A DNA stretch of 64,000 nucleotides from the human T2T-CHM13v2.0 reference genome, Homo sapiens (GCF_009914755.1 NC_060926.1), one strand, 5' to 3'. Shown: positions 1 to 16,403, counted from the stretch's first letter. Translations and numbers: made by a program. The notes: generated by a model from the letters alone, not told the origin.

Positions 1-10
1 GAGAACTTAC

Positions 11-64
11 AGGTAATCCACGTTTCCCAGCTCGACCAGGTGGTCCTATAGGACCCCGAGAACC
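11..64 (-). CDS. COL5A2: exon 47 (54 nt) GSRGPIGPPGRAGKRGLP
   Basis: TAG acceptor, GTAAGT donor, Gly-X-Y frame. Confidence 0.96.
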
Positions 65-161
65 CTAAAAGAAATTTACAACAAAAAAAATTGGCATGTA
101 AAAAAGATATTCACATATTACATAGATACAGGATGTCAACAATACGTTTATAGTTGGATGC

Positions 162-196
<35 letters not shown>
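162..196. repeat. (TA)n(TG)n compound microsatellite
   Basis: atatatatata followed by about 12 TG units. Confidence 0.9.
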
Positions 197-607
197 CATA
201 CTCTTATGATTAATTAATTGAAATCAGGCAAATGTCCATGTGTAGATAAGACTGTGGTCACTATAACTTCAATGACACTTTTACGGTCAATTTTATTCAT
301 TGACTTCATTGAATAAGTATCACCTTAGTTGAATACAGTAAGACATTATTCATTGACATTTAACATGATGCATACTTATTACATTTTCAAACTACAGCAT
401 TTTCAGATGATGGAAGTCAAAGCATCAGTATCTTCTATTCCCTCTTAGAAATGAAATTTTGCCTTTCAGACTAAGAAACATATAGTAGTTCATAATTAGC
501 TGTTTACCATTCATTATTTAGAGTCCTTAACGAAGTGCACATGTATGACTATGTGTGTGTGCCTATATGCAGCTTATAACATAGCATATGGGTGTGCAAA
601 ACTGTCA

Positions 608-739
<132 letters not shown>

Positions 740-1667
740 CTAACAAGAATAACCATGATATTATTTTTTAACATTTATTCTAAAACAACAATATTCCATA
801 TGTTCATGTTATTCTTATAGTATTAATAATGGGAAAAAATACCCTTTAAAACTTATTTTTACTTATTATTTTAACTATTTTACTTATATTTATTAATTAA
901 TAAATCAAATTGAAAAGAATAAAGTTATTTCTTCCTAATTTCAAGTCTCATCCTTTCCCTCACCTACTCCCTATTGCTCGCACGTCAAGATCATTGGAGT
1001 ATAGGAGTGATCACCTCCAGAATTTAACATGTTTTCTAGAGCACCAATCTTTAAGCTGGAATATTGGTATACTTGGAATACACAAAGACTTTCCAAAGAC
1101 TGTGAAAACAAAGAAAATTTTAAGGAAACCACCTTCTAGATTTTCCTCTCCTTATGTATTCTTTCAGAAAACTATATTTTGATTATCCTTCCTTACTTCC
1201 CCTAAATAATCCACCTTCTCTCATTTTGTAAAAGAAAAGCAGAAATCATACCATCTGCAATCTTATTATGATGCAATGTCCCAAGGAATAAATACCTCTA
1301 GGCACTGAACTAAGGGACTTTTCCAGAATGCATAGTTTACTTGAGTATAAAGCTACGAAGGATTTGGAAAATAAAGAGGCTCCTTTTTATTTTATCCAGA
1401 TGACACAATTATGACAAGGCTCCAAATATTACTTGTCTCCTTAAGAAGTCAGAGGTGAGATAAGCGTTATATGAACATGTCTAAACATAAATATTTGACT
1501 TGAAAAATTGAGTCAGACTGTATTTTCTGACAAAAAATTGTCTTATTTGACTGATAAATTTATCAACCTAGATAAACTTTGGCAATTAGGTTATAGAACA
1601 GACACATAATACATTGAATAAGCTGAATTGGCAACTTCAAGGTTTTGAAAAAAAAAAAAAAATACTT

Positions 1668-2006
<339 letters not shown>

Positions 2007-3040
2007 TCACCTCCTTTGCAACTATTTAAACTTGTGATTTTAAAAGGGCGATGGCAACTTAAAATAAGTAGAGAGATTTACCGATTTTCATAATTACTTC
2101 AGCAAAACCTTTGAAGATGGTTGCACTATATAGTATATATTGACAAAGGAAAAAGCCCAAGTTGCCAAGAGAATTTGCAGTCTGTGGATTATAGTAGATG
2201 AGCGGGACTTAGCCCAAGCTTCCTCCAAATCCTTTCTTCCCCTTTTTTTTCAATATGAGGTTGAGTGTCTATCCTGTAGTGGAGTGTTTAAACATGTCAT
2301 TTAATATACAAATGCCCAATGGCATATGTATTAATTATATTTAAAGCATTTGAAAATGGAGGTTCAGAAAATCTGCTTAAGATTACACAGCTAATTACTT
2401 AGGGAAACAATATTCCAAATCAAGTCTGACTGGCTCCAAAGCCCATTCTGCTACATGATGAGCTTTAATTACATCATAACAGACTTTGGAGTGGGGAGTG
2501 ATTTTGCCTTCAGTGGCCCATCTCAGCAGCATGAGATGACTGTGCAACTGCCAGAAGGGACTGGGGCTTCAGAGAAAGTTGGGGACATGTTCAGTTCAGC
2601 ACATTCTAATTTAAAACACATCATGGAATATACAGTGTTTAAAAAGCCACATGGCTTATATTCTCATACGGCATTCACTTTAGATGGTGAATGGAAAAAT
2701 TTAGACATTACACAGCACTATTTTGGCTTTCATGCTTTTGTTAATGAGTTTAAAATTTAGAACACTTCATATATATCCTCATCCAAAGCCTTTATGTTAA
2801 ACCAAAGATGGCTTCAATTTTATCTTCCTGCTCTGAAAAAATACCATCTTAATTTGTTGCATATTCAAATATCATTTCATTTACAAGATATAAAAATTAT
2901 GGCTTTACAGAAACAGTTGTTATTCAGAAAAATCAGAAGTGTATTGGAACTATCAGGAAAAATGACAGTTTTTAGTGTAAATTAAAAAGATTTCAGATTT
3001 GCATGACTTTAGATTTTATAATAAGTGAAATGGCTCTTAC

Positions 3041-3094
3041 ACGTTCTCCAACAGCACCATCCCGTCCTGGGGTACCATCATTGCCAGCTGGACC
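3041..3094 (-). CDS. COL5A2: exon 45 (54 nt) GPAGNDGTPGRDGAVGER
   Basis: TAG acceptor, GTAAGA donor, Gly-X-Y frame. Confidence 0.96.
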
Positions 3095-4113
3095 CTATAA
3101 AGAATAATGGTTTGAAAAACTACTTAACTGAGTAATGAAAAAAATCCTCATTCCACTTGTCAAAAAATGACAGCATGTTTTACACCTGTGTTTTATAAAC
3201 TGTCAGTTAGCATTTATGCAAATGTCAGCAGAAGAACGGTTTCTACCTCTTTTTCATTATTTTGAATTACTGTAAAATTAACATATTCTTACTTAATCCA
3301 TATTCTTCATTTATATTTCTTATTTTGAAAAACAAAAAACCCACAAATATTTTGAAATAGATAACAATTACATTCTTGTCACTTTATGTTTTGCTTGTAT
3401 TAACAATGAAAGGCTTTTCTTACATTTACTTCTTAAGATTATTCAAATATCCTTAAAGTTTTGAAATAAAATAACTGTTTCAATATTAAACTACTTTAAG
3501 AAATAGTCTTCCTTTTCTATTTTATTGTGATTTTTTTCATAAATATGTCTTTGCTATTTGATCAAAAATTGTTCCAAAGGCTATTGATTCTTTCTTTCAA
3601 TAAAATGTTACATTAACTGTTTGATGATTCACTCCTTAAAATCCTGAACAGAGGATATTCCAGCCTTTAACTTCTCAAATTGCCTATCAAAAACTGATTT
3701 CCTCCCAAAAGTGCCTAAAGGAACATGATATCCATTATGTTACTTTATAGTGATATTTAAGTAAAATGATCTCTACTAACTTTGCCCTTTTCACAAGCTG
3801 GAATAGCTATATTAATCCTATCACCAAAAAACTTGGCAATTTTGATAAATATGTCATTACAAAATGAAATAATAACAAGGGGAAAGATGAATGGATGTGT
3901 CCTTTCACCCTCAAAACAGTTTGGCAACAGCTTAAATGAACTAAAATACTTAGCTCCAGACTAGATGAAGGTCAGTGCAAAGACACCGATCCTATTACCT
4001 TTTCTTTATGTCATCACTTAGCCAACTCTCTAGGGAAGTAGAGTACATCAAATAACATTACTAAGAAACTTTCTTAAGGTCAAATATGCAATAAAATTCT
4101 AAATCAATTGCTA

Positions 4114-4404
<291 letters not shown>

Positions 4405-5307
4405 TTATCTTACAACACTCATGTAATCATAATGCTTTCTTAGAGGCCTGCCCACCTCCTATCAGACTCCTCTTGACGTATCTAAGGGACCAAAAACCAA
4501 CCATCTGTTGCCACCAGCACAGGTGTGCATTTTGGGTTCTAATCATGTGTACCATAGGTGATTCTAGCTGCCCTTCTGGAATTTGCATCACTTTCATCCT
4601 TTTTCCCCGCTCTGCTTTGTCTGTTCATTTTATTTCTATATTCTGATACTTTGATCTCACTCTTGAGAGATTTTACTTTCACATTCTTGGCTCACTTCTG
4701 ATAACAATAAGACATCCCTTAGCTCCTACTTTGTTGGTTTCATATTTCAACCCACATGTCTCCCAGTTCTAAGATCCCATACATCTCTCTGTCTACATTC
4801 CATATGAAAACATCATTAATTTTTTTCAAGCACTGTAATCTTTTAGCAATAAAATTTAGTCTCTTCAAAGCTAACTTTGAATCAAACTTTTATCCATACT
4901 CCAGGGAATATAAAATCCTAAAGCACCCTCCAGGGAACAGGAGATTACCTTCAGATCCTTCTTCAGCATTCCCCCTACATTCACCTCAAATATTACTTTA
5001 GCTCAACTATGTCTTCCCTTTGATGGTTTACTGTAAAATATGGTATTTTTGTTAAGCATGTTTACTTAAAAAGACACTACCTATTCACCAGAAGATTATC
5101 CCCCTCCTCTAGCTCTTTTTAATCTTTGAAGAAGGATTTAAAGGTCACCAAAAATCCATATCCTTATTTGCCTACTTTTCTAGTCTCAGGGTTAAACAAA
5201 TATATATTTTCAAAGACTTTGTAAGGTAGTTAAGAATTTGACATTTAAGATCAAAAGATTTTTAAGAGACTCAAAAATTAATGTCCCTACAATACTGTTT
5301 AAATCTA

Positions 5308-5502
<195 letters not shown>

Positions 5503-6109
5503 CTAATGTTGAGGACAAACTAAAATCAGAAACTATCCAGGGTAAAACTGTACCCAAGGAATTTACAATAAGTTGGGTACAGCTTTACAGGTTTTTCAGT
5601 ATGAAAAAGAAGTTCTCTGTTTCTCAAAATCATACTGCATATGAGTAGTCATAAATTGTAATCCGCACAGAACCTCTAACATTATTTAAAGGTGAAAACA
5701 GCTCATCCGTTGGAAAGAAACTGAAGATTAATGTGAATACTGACTCAATAAAAGAGGTAACTTCAGAGAAATATTTTTTCTTCTTTATAAAAAGACAAAA
5801 AGAAAGTTTAACAATAAGGAAAAAAGAGTTATCTAAACACAATATTTAAAGGCATTTGCATATAAAATATAATATACATATATTTTTAAAGTTATTCATA
5901 CACAATGAACATTTAACAAATAATTTTTTTGGGTTTAGTTTTTAGATACCATATCTATTACTGCTATTTTTAAAATCTATATATATACACGTTTTTCCTA
6001 AAGCCTTATAGATTTAATGCACTTTAAAAATTTTAGGAATGTGCCCAGCATAATATTTAAGCATTTTTGTGACACTGATCATTATGGGTTTCTATTTGTA
6101 AATATCTCA

Positions 6110-6307
<198 letters not shown>

Positions 6308-6997
6308 CTAGTATAACAAAGAAAGAAACACCAAGGAGGGCAAAATGGAAGGCAAGTAAGAGTGATTGACATAACGCTGTCTGCCTCAGATGCAGATGTC
6401 CAAGCCTCGCAGGTTCATTTTACCTGTTAGATAATCAGTCATTCTATAGGATTTAAACAAAACAAAACAAAAGAAAACACAGCTGTAGATTCATTCCCCA
6501 GGGGGAAAACTAAATATCATTTGCAGTCAATTCCCTTTGAATAATTTTTAAAGAGTGGTGCAACTAACTTGAATTTTCAAACTTATTTAAAGCTCCACTC
6601 CAATGATGAATACATAATACTTTATTCTGAGATAATTATTTATTCTTATGATTTGATCTTATAATGAATGACATTTATTAAAGAAAGTTTCATAGTTGCA
6701 TCTTAACTGAAGAGAATGATTATTAGCACATAATACTGTAAGTATTCAGTATTTAAACGGAATAATAATAAAACATTGGGGCTAAAAAGAACTTGCAAAT
6801 TAGCTCCTCCAAGAAATACTAGATTATTAAGGATGATTTGCTTTGCTGAAATACCAGCATGCATTATTGGAATAAGAGTTGTTAAATAAGAAAACATACC
6901 ATTAAGAAATTAAATAAAATAATAAATTTAACTCAAATGTATACGTGTGTGTGTAATTATTTCATTATCAGTGACTTGTCTCACTAAGTTGACTTAC

Positions 6998-7051
6998 AGC
7001 AGGGCCTGGAGGTCCAACTCTGCCCGCAGAACCAGGAAATCCTGTAGCACC
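6998..7051 (-). CDS. COL5A2: exon 41 (54 nt) GATGFPGSAGRVGPPGPA
   Basis: TAG acceptor, GTAAGT donor. Confidence 0.96.
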
Positions 7052-7574
7052 CTAGAACCAGAATATCATATAAGCAATTTTTAAGGTAATATAAATTAGT
7101 TACATGTATTTTCCTGGGATTTTTTTTCACAGGAAGACTGAAGCCTTTAGATTTCCTTTCATGTTGTAAGCAATATTTTTTTTTCTTCGTACGAATCCCA
7201 TATTTTGGGGAATTAATCTAGATTAACTGGTAGGAAGGGCACTATTTTCCTTTTTCCATGCAGGTAGTACTAGAATCACATTGATATTTTATACAATCAA
7301 ATTAAATAAAGTGCTTTCACATTGTTTATTTACTCTAAAATATAGGTAGTATGTTACTTACATTACAGGTGAGGCACCTGGGTCTCCAAGATTACAAACT
7401 TGATTTTAACCCAAATCTCCATCTGAGTTAAGTGCCCTTTGCACTATAGTACAGTTGATACAGGTAATAATTTGTTATTTCAGTCTCAGATGAAAATTAT
7501 CTTTTACATGACCAGGAAGCACTAGGTAACTAGAATTAGCTGTGCATACTTTGCAGAGCATCAAATAAACTTAC

Positions 7575-7628
7575 AGGCGGACCTTGGGTTCCTCGACCAC
7601 CTTTTAGTCCAGGAACACCATTAGGACC
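7575..7628 (-). CDS. COL5A2: exon 40 (54 nt) GPNGVPGLKGGRGTQGPP
   Basis: CAG acceptor, GTAAGT donor. Confidence 0.96.
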
Positions 7629-7730
7629 CTGAATAGAAACAAACAAAAGAGCACTATAGTGAAGCAAAAGAGGCTGAATGTACACTCCAAACATGGGGCA
7701 CTTGACTCAAGTTATGCCTTTTTCTTGTTA

Positions 7731-7844
<114 letters not shown>

Positions 7845-8249
7845 CTATAAAAAATTATACAAACAAGCAATTGATTATAAGACTTATAGACAAATTACTT
7901 TAGAGTAATTATTACTAATGTATCAATTAATCATATATTGTGAAACAGTGCTTTATAATCAGTATTAAAGCATACTAAAGGAAAAAAAGTACTCTGATGA
8001 GATCTTTCAAAACAGCCTAAAAAATAAGCTATCCCACTGCATTTTTATTTTAACAAATAATTATAGAAGCTCAACTAGCACAAACAAGTTTTGTGCCAGT
8101 CTATAAAAAAATGTATTGAAAATGAGAATATTGTCTAGAAAACTGTAAATTTTCCAGAATACGACTTCAAAACATATGACAATGATCATTAAACTTATTA
8201 TAACAAGATAAGTGTTTATTTGTAAATTAGGGATATTTGAAAATTATAC

Positions 8250-8303
8250 CTGGGGTCCGGCAAAACCAACAGCTCCAGTTGGCCCATTTTCACCTCGAGA
8301 ACC
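8250..8303 (-). CDS. COL5A2: exon 38 (54 nt) GSRGENGPTGAVGFAGPQ
   Basis: TAG acceptor, CAG|GTATAA donor. Confidence 0.96.
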
Positions 8304-8720
8304 CTAGGAGGAGACAAAGATTACTGTAGCTTTCACACATTATCCTAAACAGGAACAGTATTTTAAAATATGATCATATAAATCTGATAGTTAGACATGT
8401 AAATATAGAAAAATTACACATATTGCTTAAGGAAGGCCCTTAAGGATTATATAAAGATATAGGTCATAGAACAAAATTCCCAAGGTCAGAAGTCTCAAAG
8501 GAGCCTCCAAATTAGTTAGTAAACAAGCTGCCTAACTACACTTAATAGATTGTATAGCAGATAATTTTTAAGTTTAATTAGAAAAGCAAAAGCTAAAAAC
8601 CAGGAAGTTATACATAACCTAAAACCAATAAGCATTGTTTTATATAAATATAAAAACAAAATGATTAATTGTTTTATTGCTCAATCTCACACTAAAGAAC
8701 ACCAAAATACTGTCACTTAC

Positions 8721-8774
8721 AGGATTGCCCCGGGAGCCAGGAGGGCCAACTAAACCTCGAGGACCAGGTTCACC
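8721..8774 (-). CDS. COL5A2: exon 37 (54 nt) GEPGPRGLVGPPGSRGNP
   Basis: TAG acceptor, GTAAGT donor. Confidence 0.96.
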
Positions 8775-8984
8775 CTAGAAAGCAGATTTTAGATGGTTAC
8801 TGTCCAAAACAGTAGCTAAACATAATTTTAGGACATTGGTCACTGTGTAGGAGGAGATAGTGGAAAAGAACTCTGAAATGATCTTGTTCAGATACCATAT
8901 GTTATAAAATGAAAAGATTTATGAAAGAGCCTGCTATTCAGGACTCATAATTTTGAGTGTACAAATTAACAACTTGTGACTTAC

Positions 8985-9038
8985 CTTTTCTCCAGTAGGA
9001 CCTGCCGGACCTGGAGGGCCCAAAGGACCTGGAAGACC
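8985..9038 (-). CDS. COL5A2: exon 36 (54 nt) GLPGPLGPPGPAGPTGEK
   Basis: CAG acceptor, AAG|GTAAGT donor. Confidence 0.96.
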
Positions 9039-9516
9039 CTGTCAATTAACAGAACATAGGCATATTGAGGTAAAAAATGCACAGAAATCTTCATGCTTAG
9101 CAAATCAACAAACAAAAAAGAAACGACTATTTTGTTATAATTTGGCTGCCTTTGCAAATCATTATCTATAATAAATGATATAATCTATATATTTTCAAGA
9201 GTTTTCTGTCTAGTTTAATACCATTTCCACCATATTTTCTCCACACAGTGTTTTAATCTCTTTCATGCAACCTAATTCATGCATACATAAAACTGTTTTC
9301 AGGCATTAGCACTACATTAATGCTAAGCTACAAAAATGTTTCTATTTCTTAGCATAATTAGCTTTGCTAATATTTATTCGGACATTTGACCACAAATTGA
9401 AAAGAGGCTTTCCTTCTTTTGCATATAATATTATATTCTTAAATTATAATAGCAAAATATCACTTTTTTACTTTTAAAAATTGAAATTGTGTTAAGGCAT
9501 TTTAGGTGTTTTTTCC

Positions 9517-9700
9517 TTTTTTTTTTTTTTTTTTTTTGGCACAGGGTCTCCACTCTACATTGCCCAGAATGGAGTGCAGTAGCCATTCACAGATGTGATC
9601 ACAGCACATGCATCTTCGAACGCTTGCCCTGGATCACGTGATCCTCCCATCTCAGACTCCAGAGTAACTGAGACTACAGGCACAAGCCACTATGCCTGAC
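9517..9700 (-). mobile_element. FAM (fossil Alu monomer)
   Basis: Single monomer keeping the 7SL-like segment gtgcagtagccattcacag that dimeric Alus lack; poly(T) at left. Confidence 0.75.
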
Positions 9701-9704
9701 TTAG

Positions 9705-10008
<304 letters not shown>

Positions 10009-11798
10009 AGTTTTCTTCATTCTTTTGAGATGAAAAGGAAAAGTAGCTAAAGTTTACAGCCTAAAACCCCAGCTACTTTGAGATTTATGGGCATAGGAGA
10101 GCTAACACTTAGAGGACAGTACAGCTAACACATGGGGACACAACCTGAGTCTTCTTGACAGGTAATCACAAACTTGAAACTGTGGGAATATTGAAGTCCT
10201 CTTTAAAACAAGTTCTCTATCTTATAACTGTGTCTTGCCTCTTCATATGCAGCCCAAATATTCTTTCATCGTTTAATTTCTGTATGTACAACTAAAGAAA
10301 CTTAAGGAACAAAAATGACTTTAATTTTATAGATTTGACAAGAACATAAGAAATCTGTGTTCTTATAGTCTCTGGATCTACAATGGAATGATATCATTCC
10401 AATAATTTATGTAATATACTTCTTTAAAGGATTTGATGAAATATAAATATCACTTCATTACTTATGTTTATAGATTTTTTATACAGAGAAAACATGTTAT
10501 TCATTTTTTCCCTACTATGAGATTGCAGTAAGTGCTTTGCTCTGCTTCTTTCCTGCAACAATGTAGTGTCCTCATTAAAAATAAAGCAGTCATTGCTTAC
10601 ATCCTGGTCCTATCACATTGCAATTTCAAAGTTAGTTCATAGGCACAATTGATATGTATTTTAGATTTTCCCTTAAAACAAACTGCCAATGCATCGTTCC
10701 TATAAATAGTACTGCACTACTTATGCATTCCAGGACATCCATGATGTAAAATATTAAAAATATGCCAGATTTACTTGACTATTTTTGAAATATTAAATTA
10801 AATATTAGATTTAACTAAAAGGCAAGGTGTATCTTTTGTGCATAATTTGTTAAAAGAAGTGGTGCATCCTTAATTAAATTTGCATAAAAAGGACTAATTA
10901 CCCTTAAGATGAAAATTTTCTACTACATTTCACTATATTTCCTTAATCTAAAGCTATTATAACCAATGTATTAACAATGACTCAATGTGCAGAACCAAAT
11001 AGCAGTTCTCTTTTATTATGTTACAACTGTAATTGCCAGGGCACACATGACAACTAACAGCAAACCATGTCATACTGAAACAGAAATCATTAGTCAAATA
11101 TCAGGTACTATTCCAGAAAATGATGGATGTTTAAGCCATTGTGACTAGCCACTCTTACATGAGGAAATCATTTATGTCTGAAAATATATTGTCCTTCGAG
11201 TCTGATTGTCCTTGGAATTGTAAATGCATTCTAATTTCAAAGACCTAACGCTTGTTAAATGTCAATTTCTGACATGACATTAAACAATGCTTTGCAGTTG
11301 ACCATCCTTCTGGACATTCTGCTTGTTCAAACTGTTTATTAATGATAACATTAATGACGATTCACTGTGCAGTAAATTTCTCACCCCAACATCCAATATA
11401 CTGAGAAACATTTATCACAACTTTGGTGACTCCACAAAGCTCTACTTGTCTATGCTGGAATGAAGTATTGGCCAGCTCACTAGATTAGCATTTTAACAGA
11501 AATAAACCTTGTGTATGAAATAAAAAGATGATAGAGAAAGATAAAGAGGGCCCCCATCCCCTTAAGGCACTTATCTCATAGGCACAATAAATATGTTTTT
11601 ATTTAAGTTTCATTTAATTCAGGGTAAGCAAAATGAATAAACCGTGGTTGAATCACAGCAGATCTCACATGCCATTATTCTCCAACTCCTGACTACCAAG
11701 GAAACATGACTGACTTTATTTTGGAAGGTTCAGGGAAACTCATATGATACTGTAATGTTGGTTCCTAGCCCAGCTAGAAAAGGAATACTTTCACTTAC

Positions 11799-11852
11799 TC
11801 TTGCACCATCATTTCCAGCTGTGCCTTCAGCACCTTTTTCTCCTATGCCACC
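11799..11852 (-). CDS. COL5A2: exon 35 (54 nt) GGIGEKGAEGTAGNDGAR
   Basis: CAG acceptor, GTAAGT donor. Confidence 0.96.
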
Positions 11853-12080
11853 CTGGGAAAACACACAAAATACAATTGATTCATTTAATTGTCTCTTTCC
11901 CACACTTGTGTGTAAGTTTCATGAGAGTGAAGGCTAATTGTCATTTTCCTAGTCGTATCCAGGTGAGCCTGGGATGGTGCCTCACACTGTGCATTTTCTC
12001 AGTAAATGTTTATTAGAAGAATGAAAAATGAATGACTAGTGACTCAGGATGGTAGAAATAAAAGCCTGCTCAAGAAATCA

Positions 12081-12254
<174 letters not shown>

Positions 12255-13228
12255 CTAAAATGAACCAACATTAAGTGACCATACCAATAATATTAAGATT
12301 AAACTAATGAAATTGCTTTTTAGTGGGTCAAAAGTAGTTGTCAGCAATTTCATGTAGTTCAACTTAGTGCTTATATTTTTCATCTGAGAAAGTTGTCTCT
12401 GAGTGAGTTGATATTTTGAAATTAAAAAAACCAGATTTTGTTTTTGATTGCTGCTTTATATTTTTAACTTTTCTCTTAAGAGGCAATTGAACGCTATTTC
12501 AAATAAAAAGGATAGAGTTGCCTTTTTTTCCCTCTGTTGGCAACATAATGGAATATATTAAGAAAGAAAGACATTACATTTAGAGAAATATTTCATTCTC
12601 TCTTTAATGAAACTGATATTTGATATTAACCTGGTTTTCAGGCTAATATAGTGTCTAAATTGTAGTAGACTGCATCAATCACTCTAAACCCTGAAAATAA
12701 TAAGGGGTCTCATGTCACATGACCATGAAAAATTCTACTTCAATTGTTTATACTGAAGTTGGCCACATTATTTTCTACCAATCACTAAATGGCACACATT
12801 TCTGCCTTATGATGCATTATATTTTCAGATTTTAAAAGTTCCATATTTTCACATATGTAGTAAGCAGAATTGTGAAACCTGAGACAAGGAAAATGGAGCA
12901 TATTATTAGAAAAGCCTCCTAATAAATTATGTAATTTTCTATTTCTTTCCTCTGTTTATTCATAGAAGCCACTAATAAAATGTACATAAACATTAGAAAT
13001 GTGTTTGTATATGGAAGTCTATCACCATGTGCACTAAACTACAATCCCCATCAAAGAAGAGAGTCTTCTTTTTAGCTGACACTTTAGTTGCAAGGAAAAA
13101 GCCTAGTAAGCGCTCATTAAATATTTGTGGAAGAAGAAAATGATATAATCAAATTATCTTTCAAAAACAAGACAAATGCATTCTCACACCATCATGCGTT
13201 TATTGAGCAGTAATTTTAAAGCATTTTA

Positions 13229-13354
<126 letters not shown>

Positions 13355-13675
13355 CTAGCACAAAATTGGGATGTCAAATAATCTCAATACTTGATCTAAA
13401 AATAGGTCAAAATGTTTCTGAGAAATGGCTTCTACTGCGGAAAAATTCAGAAATGAGACATTACTAAATCTCAATTTTCTAATTTAGTGATAAGAAATAA
13501 ACTTGAAGTAAGGATATGCTAGTTTCATAGCACACAATATTTCTCATAAAATTAATTTTTATCCAGTCAAAGAATTTATAGGTTAAAATAAATCCCAGTT
13601 TAAGATTTTAAAAGACACCTTTTAAAACTGAAGCCAGTGGGAAACAACATTAATCATGAAGATTAAAATACTTAC

Positions 13676-13720
13676 TCTAGGTCCTAACGGGCCAACTGCT
13701 CCGGGATCTCCAGGAACACC
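13676..13720 (-). CDS. COL5A2: exon 32 (45 nt) GVPGDPGAVGPLGPR
   Basis: TAG acceptor, GTAAGT donor. Confidence 0.96.
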
Positions 13721-14396
13721 CTATAAACACATTTTTTTTTTTAATGGAACAAGAGCTTTGAGTTTAGGCATTTATCAGAAAACTTTCCAGTTCATACACC
13801 TAGTTTCTATTAATGTGCCATTAGAAGGCTGCATAAGCCAACAATTTAAAGAAAGAAAAGTACGTATATTTTTATAAATGAGGGAATATTACATGTTTTA
13901 GATGAAAACATTTTTCCAAAAAACTTTGTATTATACCTGAATGTTTGATTTTTGGCAATGAGAACATGCAAAGTACTATTTCACAAAGATAGAGCATTAG
14001 TTTTTTAGAGGCAACAAAATACATGCTAAATGTCTTTTTTTAAACTAATGGAAGATGAAAAAGTTTAAATAAAGAAAAGTTATATAAAAAGGGCTAAAGA
14101 GTTGGTCTTTTAAATAGAACCAATCCAATTCTACTCAATTAAGTAAATCTTTCTTGAGCCTATAATATGGACAAAGCACTCTACTAGGTATTGTGCATTC
14201 AAACCAGTGCAGTCATGTCTAAATTAAAAGTTTGTTTGTTCTTACATAAAAGAAAGTTTGTCAATTTGAAATTTCTTTCTTTGATAAAGATAACTTTATC
14301 AAATAGGCCTCCAATCTTATTCTCCGAAATGGACTGTCCTCACTGTGGCCTGATCTCCCTAATCTTATCATATTACTCCTTCCTTAAAAACCCTTC

Positions 14397-14409
14397 TTTT
14401 TTCTTTTCT

Positions 14410-14454
<45 letters not shown>

Positions 14455-14726
14455 AGACGTTGTCTCGCTCTATCACCCAGGCTGGAGTACAATGGTGGCA
14501 TGATCTTGGCTCACTGCAACCTCCACCTCCTGGATTAAAGTGATTCTCCTGCCTCAGCCTCCCAAGTAGCTGGGAATACAGGCATGTGCCACCATGCCCA
14601 GGTAATTTTTGTATTTTTAGTACAGACGGCTGGCCAGGCTGGTCTCGAACTCCTGATGCCAAGTGATTCACCTGCCTCAGTCTCCCAAAGTGCTGGGATT
14701 ACAGGTGTGAGCCACTGTGCCCAGCC
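14397..14726 (-). mobile_element. AluS with ~40-nt poly(T) and small internal deletion
   Basis: Alu consensus match; ggtttcaccatgt segment missing near 14628; TSD-like taaaaacyctt. Confidence 0.9.
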
Positions 14727-14849
14727 TAAAAACTCTTCCTTAGCTTCCCATTACTCTAATGATGAAGAACAAATTAGAATCAAATTAAAGCCCTCCATAA
14801 TCAGGCCCCTGAGTCACCCTGCAGCCCCCTTTCTATTTTCCCCAAATTA

Positions 14850-15225
14850 CATTACCCACTCTGATTTGTAAGCTTGTCTCATTTCCTGGAGGTTTTTCCT
14901 ATCTTCCCTCCTTCATCATTATCATCATTCATCTCTCAGATCTCATAAAAGATATTACTTTGTCTGGAAAACCTTTCCTAAAACCCCCAAGTCTTATTTA
15001 GGTGCATCTTTTTTGTTTCCATAAACATAGTACCTCCCTTATTATAGCATTTAGAGCATGCTATTATTGTAATTGTCCTATACTCTCTGAATCCTACTAT
15101 ACTGTAAGGACAGCAAGGTCCAAATCCATTTTGTTCAGCTGGTTCAGGCCAGTGCTTTGTAGAGGCAAGCACACAGAGTGTTCAGCAAATATTTATTAAA
15201 TGATTAAATGAACAAATGAATCATT
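14850..15225 (+). mobile_element. L2 3' fragment (approximate)
   Basis: L2-type terminus ...gtgttcagcaaatatttattaaatgattaaatgaacaaatgaat. Confidence 0.5.
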
Positions 15226-15299
15226 CAAAGAAAAATAAATAAATCTATGAGCCAGGAAAACGACAGAATAAAATTGTTAGTATTTGTCCATAACTGTTT

Positions 15300-15560
15300 A
15301 TATAAAGTGGTTAAGAACACATCTTGGGAAGCAGATGACCTGGGTTCAAATCTATTAACTGTGTGACTTTGGGAAAGTTATCTAACATCTGTATGCCCCA
15401 TTTTCCTCATCTACAAAATGGAGATAATCATAGTACCTAGTACATAGGGCTGCTTTGAGAACTCAAAGAGATAATGTATGTAAAGGAAAGCACAACAGAG
15501 CCTCACACATAAAAAGTGATAATTGAGCCAGCAATGTATAGTGTTGCCATTATTATTATT
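15300..15560 (+). mobile_element. MIR
   Basis: MIR core: gtggttaaga...ctgggttcaaatc...ctgtgtgactttgggaaagtta...ttcctcatctacaaaatggagataat. Confidence 0.8.
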
Positions 15561-15571
15561 TAAACACTTAC

Positions 15572-15625
15572 TTGATCACCTGGTTTTCCACCTTCTCCAG
15601 GAGGCCCTGGAGGACCAGGAAGCCC
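15572..15625 (-). CDS. COL5A2: exon 31 (54 nt) GLPGPPGPPGEGGKPGDQ
   Basis: TAG acceptor, GTAAGT donor. Confidence 0.96.
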
Positions 15626-16403
15626 CTAAAACAAAAGTAAGAAAATAAAATTGTGAATCTGTGAAAGTTTAACAGGCTACCAGTGTTAACAGTTTACCTT
15701 TTACAATTCATGGGGTCTCCAAGACTATATTTTCAATGAAAATATATTGTTCAGACATTTTAAGTAAAAAATATTGTTCAGAAGCATTAAAAAAAGACTA
15801 CCAATAAAACACAACAGCTAGTCAATTTATAGGATTGTATTTTCATCTGCACACCACTTAGCAAAAAAAGAGATAATGTAACAGGAGCTTCTTCATATTT
15901 ATAGAGTTTTTATGGCTCTGTGAACAATATTTTAGACTGCTAGAATATTATTTAAAGTCAGTCCAGAAAGTTTTTTTTACAAATTATGATCTTCCTCCTA
16001 TTAAATAATGTACATACTGATATATGTAGATAAATTATGAAACTTTGTTCAATAAAAAATTCTAGTCACTGTGCCGATAAAACAAAATCAGCCTTAAAAT
16101 GGTTTCATAAACTTTGTTGAGCTATCAGAAACATTTTATTCCTGATATCTTTTTATTACTTTTTTGTTATTTTTTATTTGTTTTGTTCATAATTTGCAGG
16201 TTTGATCAGTTTTTTTAGAAGCCCATTCCTTTACTTTGAACAAAAATGTTCGATTTTATCCAAATGTCTATACTATCTACTAAAAGAGGGATGACTTTTT
16301 GAAAATTGTAGAATTTCAAATCTTCTGACCATATCTTTTTTTTTAAAAAAAAAAAGCATTTTAGTTAATGGAAGATGAAATGGAAAACCGAATTAGTGCA
16401 TAC

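Noticed and set aside
7700-7712. Palindromic AP-1 site acttgactcaagt and other TGA(C/G)TCA copies
   Set aside because: About ten 7-mers in 64 kb of AT-rich DNA is near chance expectation, and they are not clustered.
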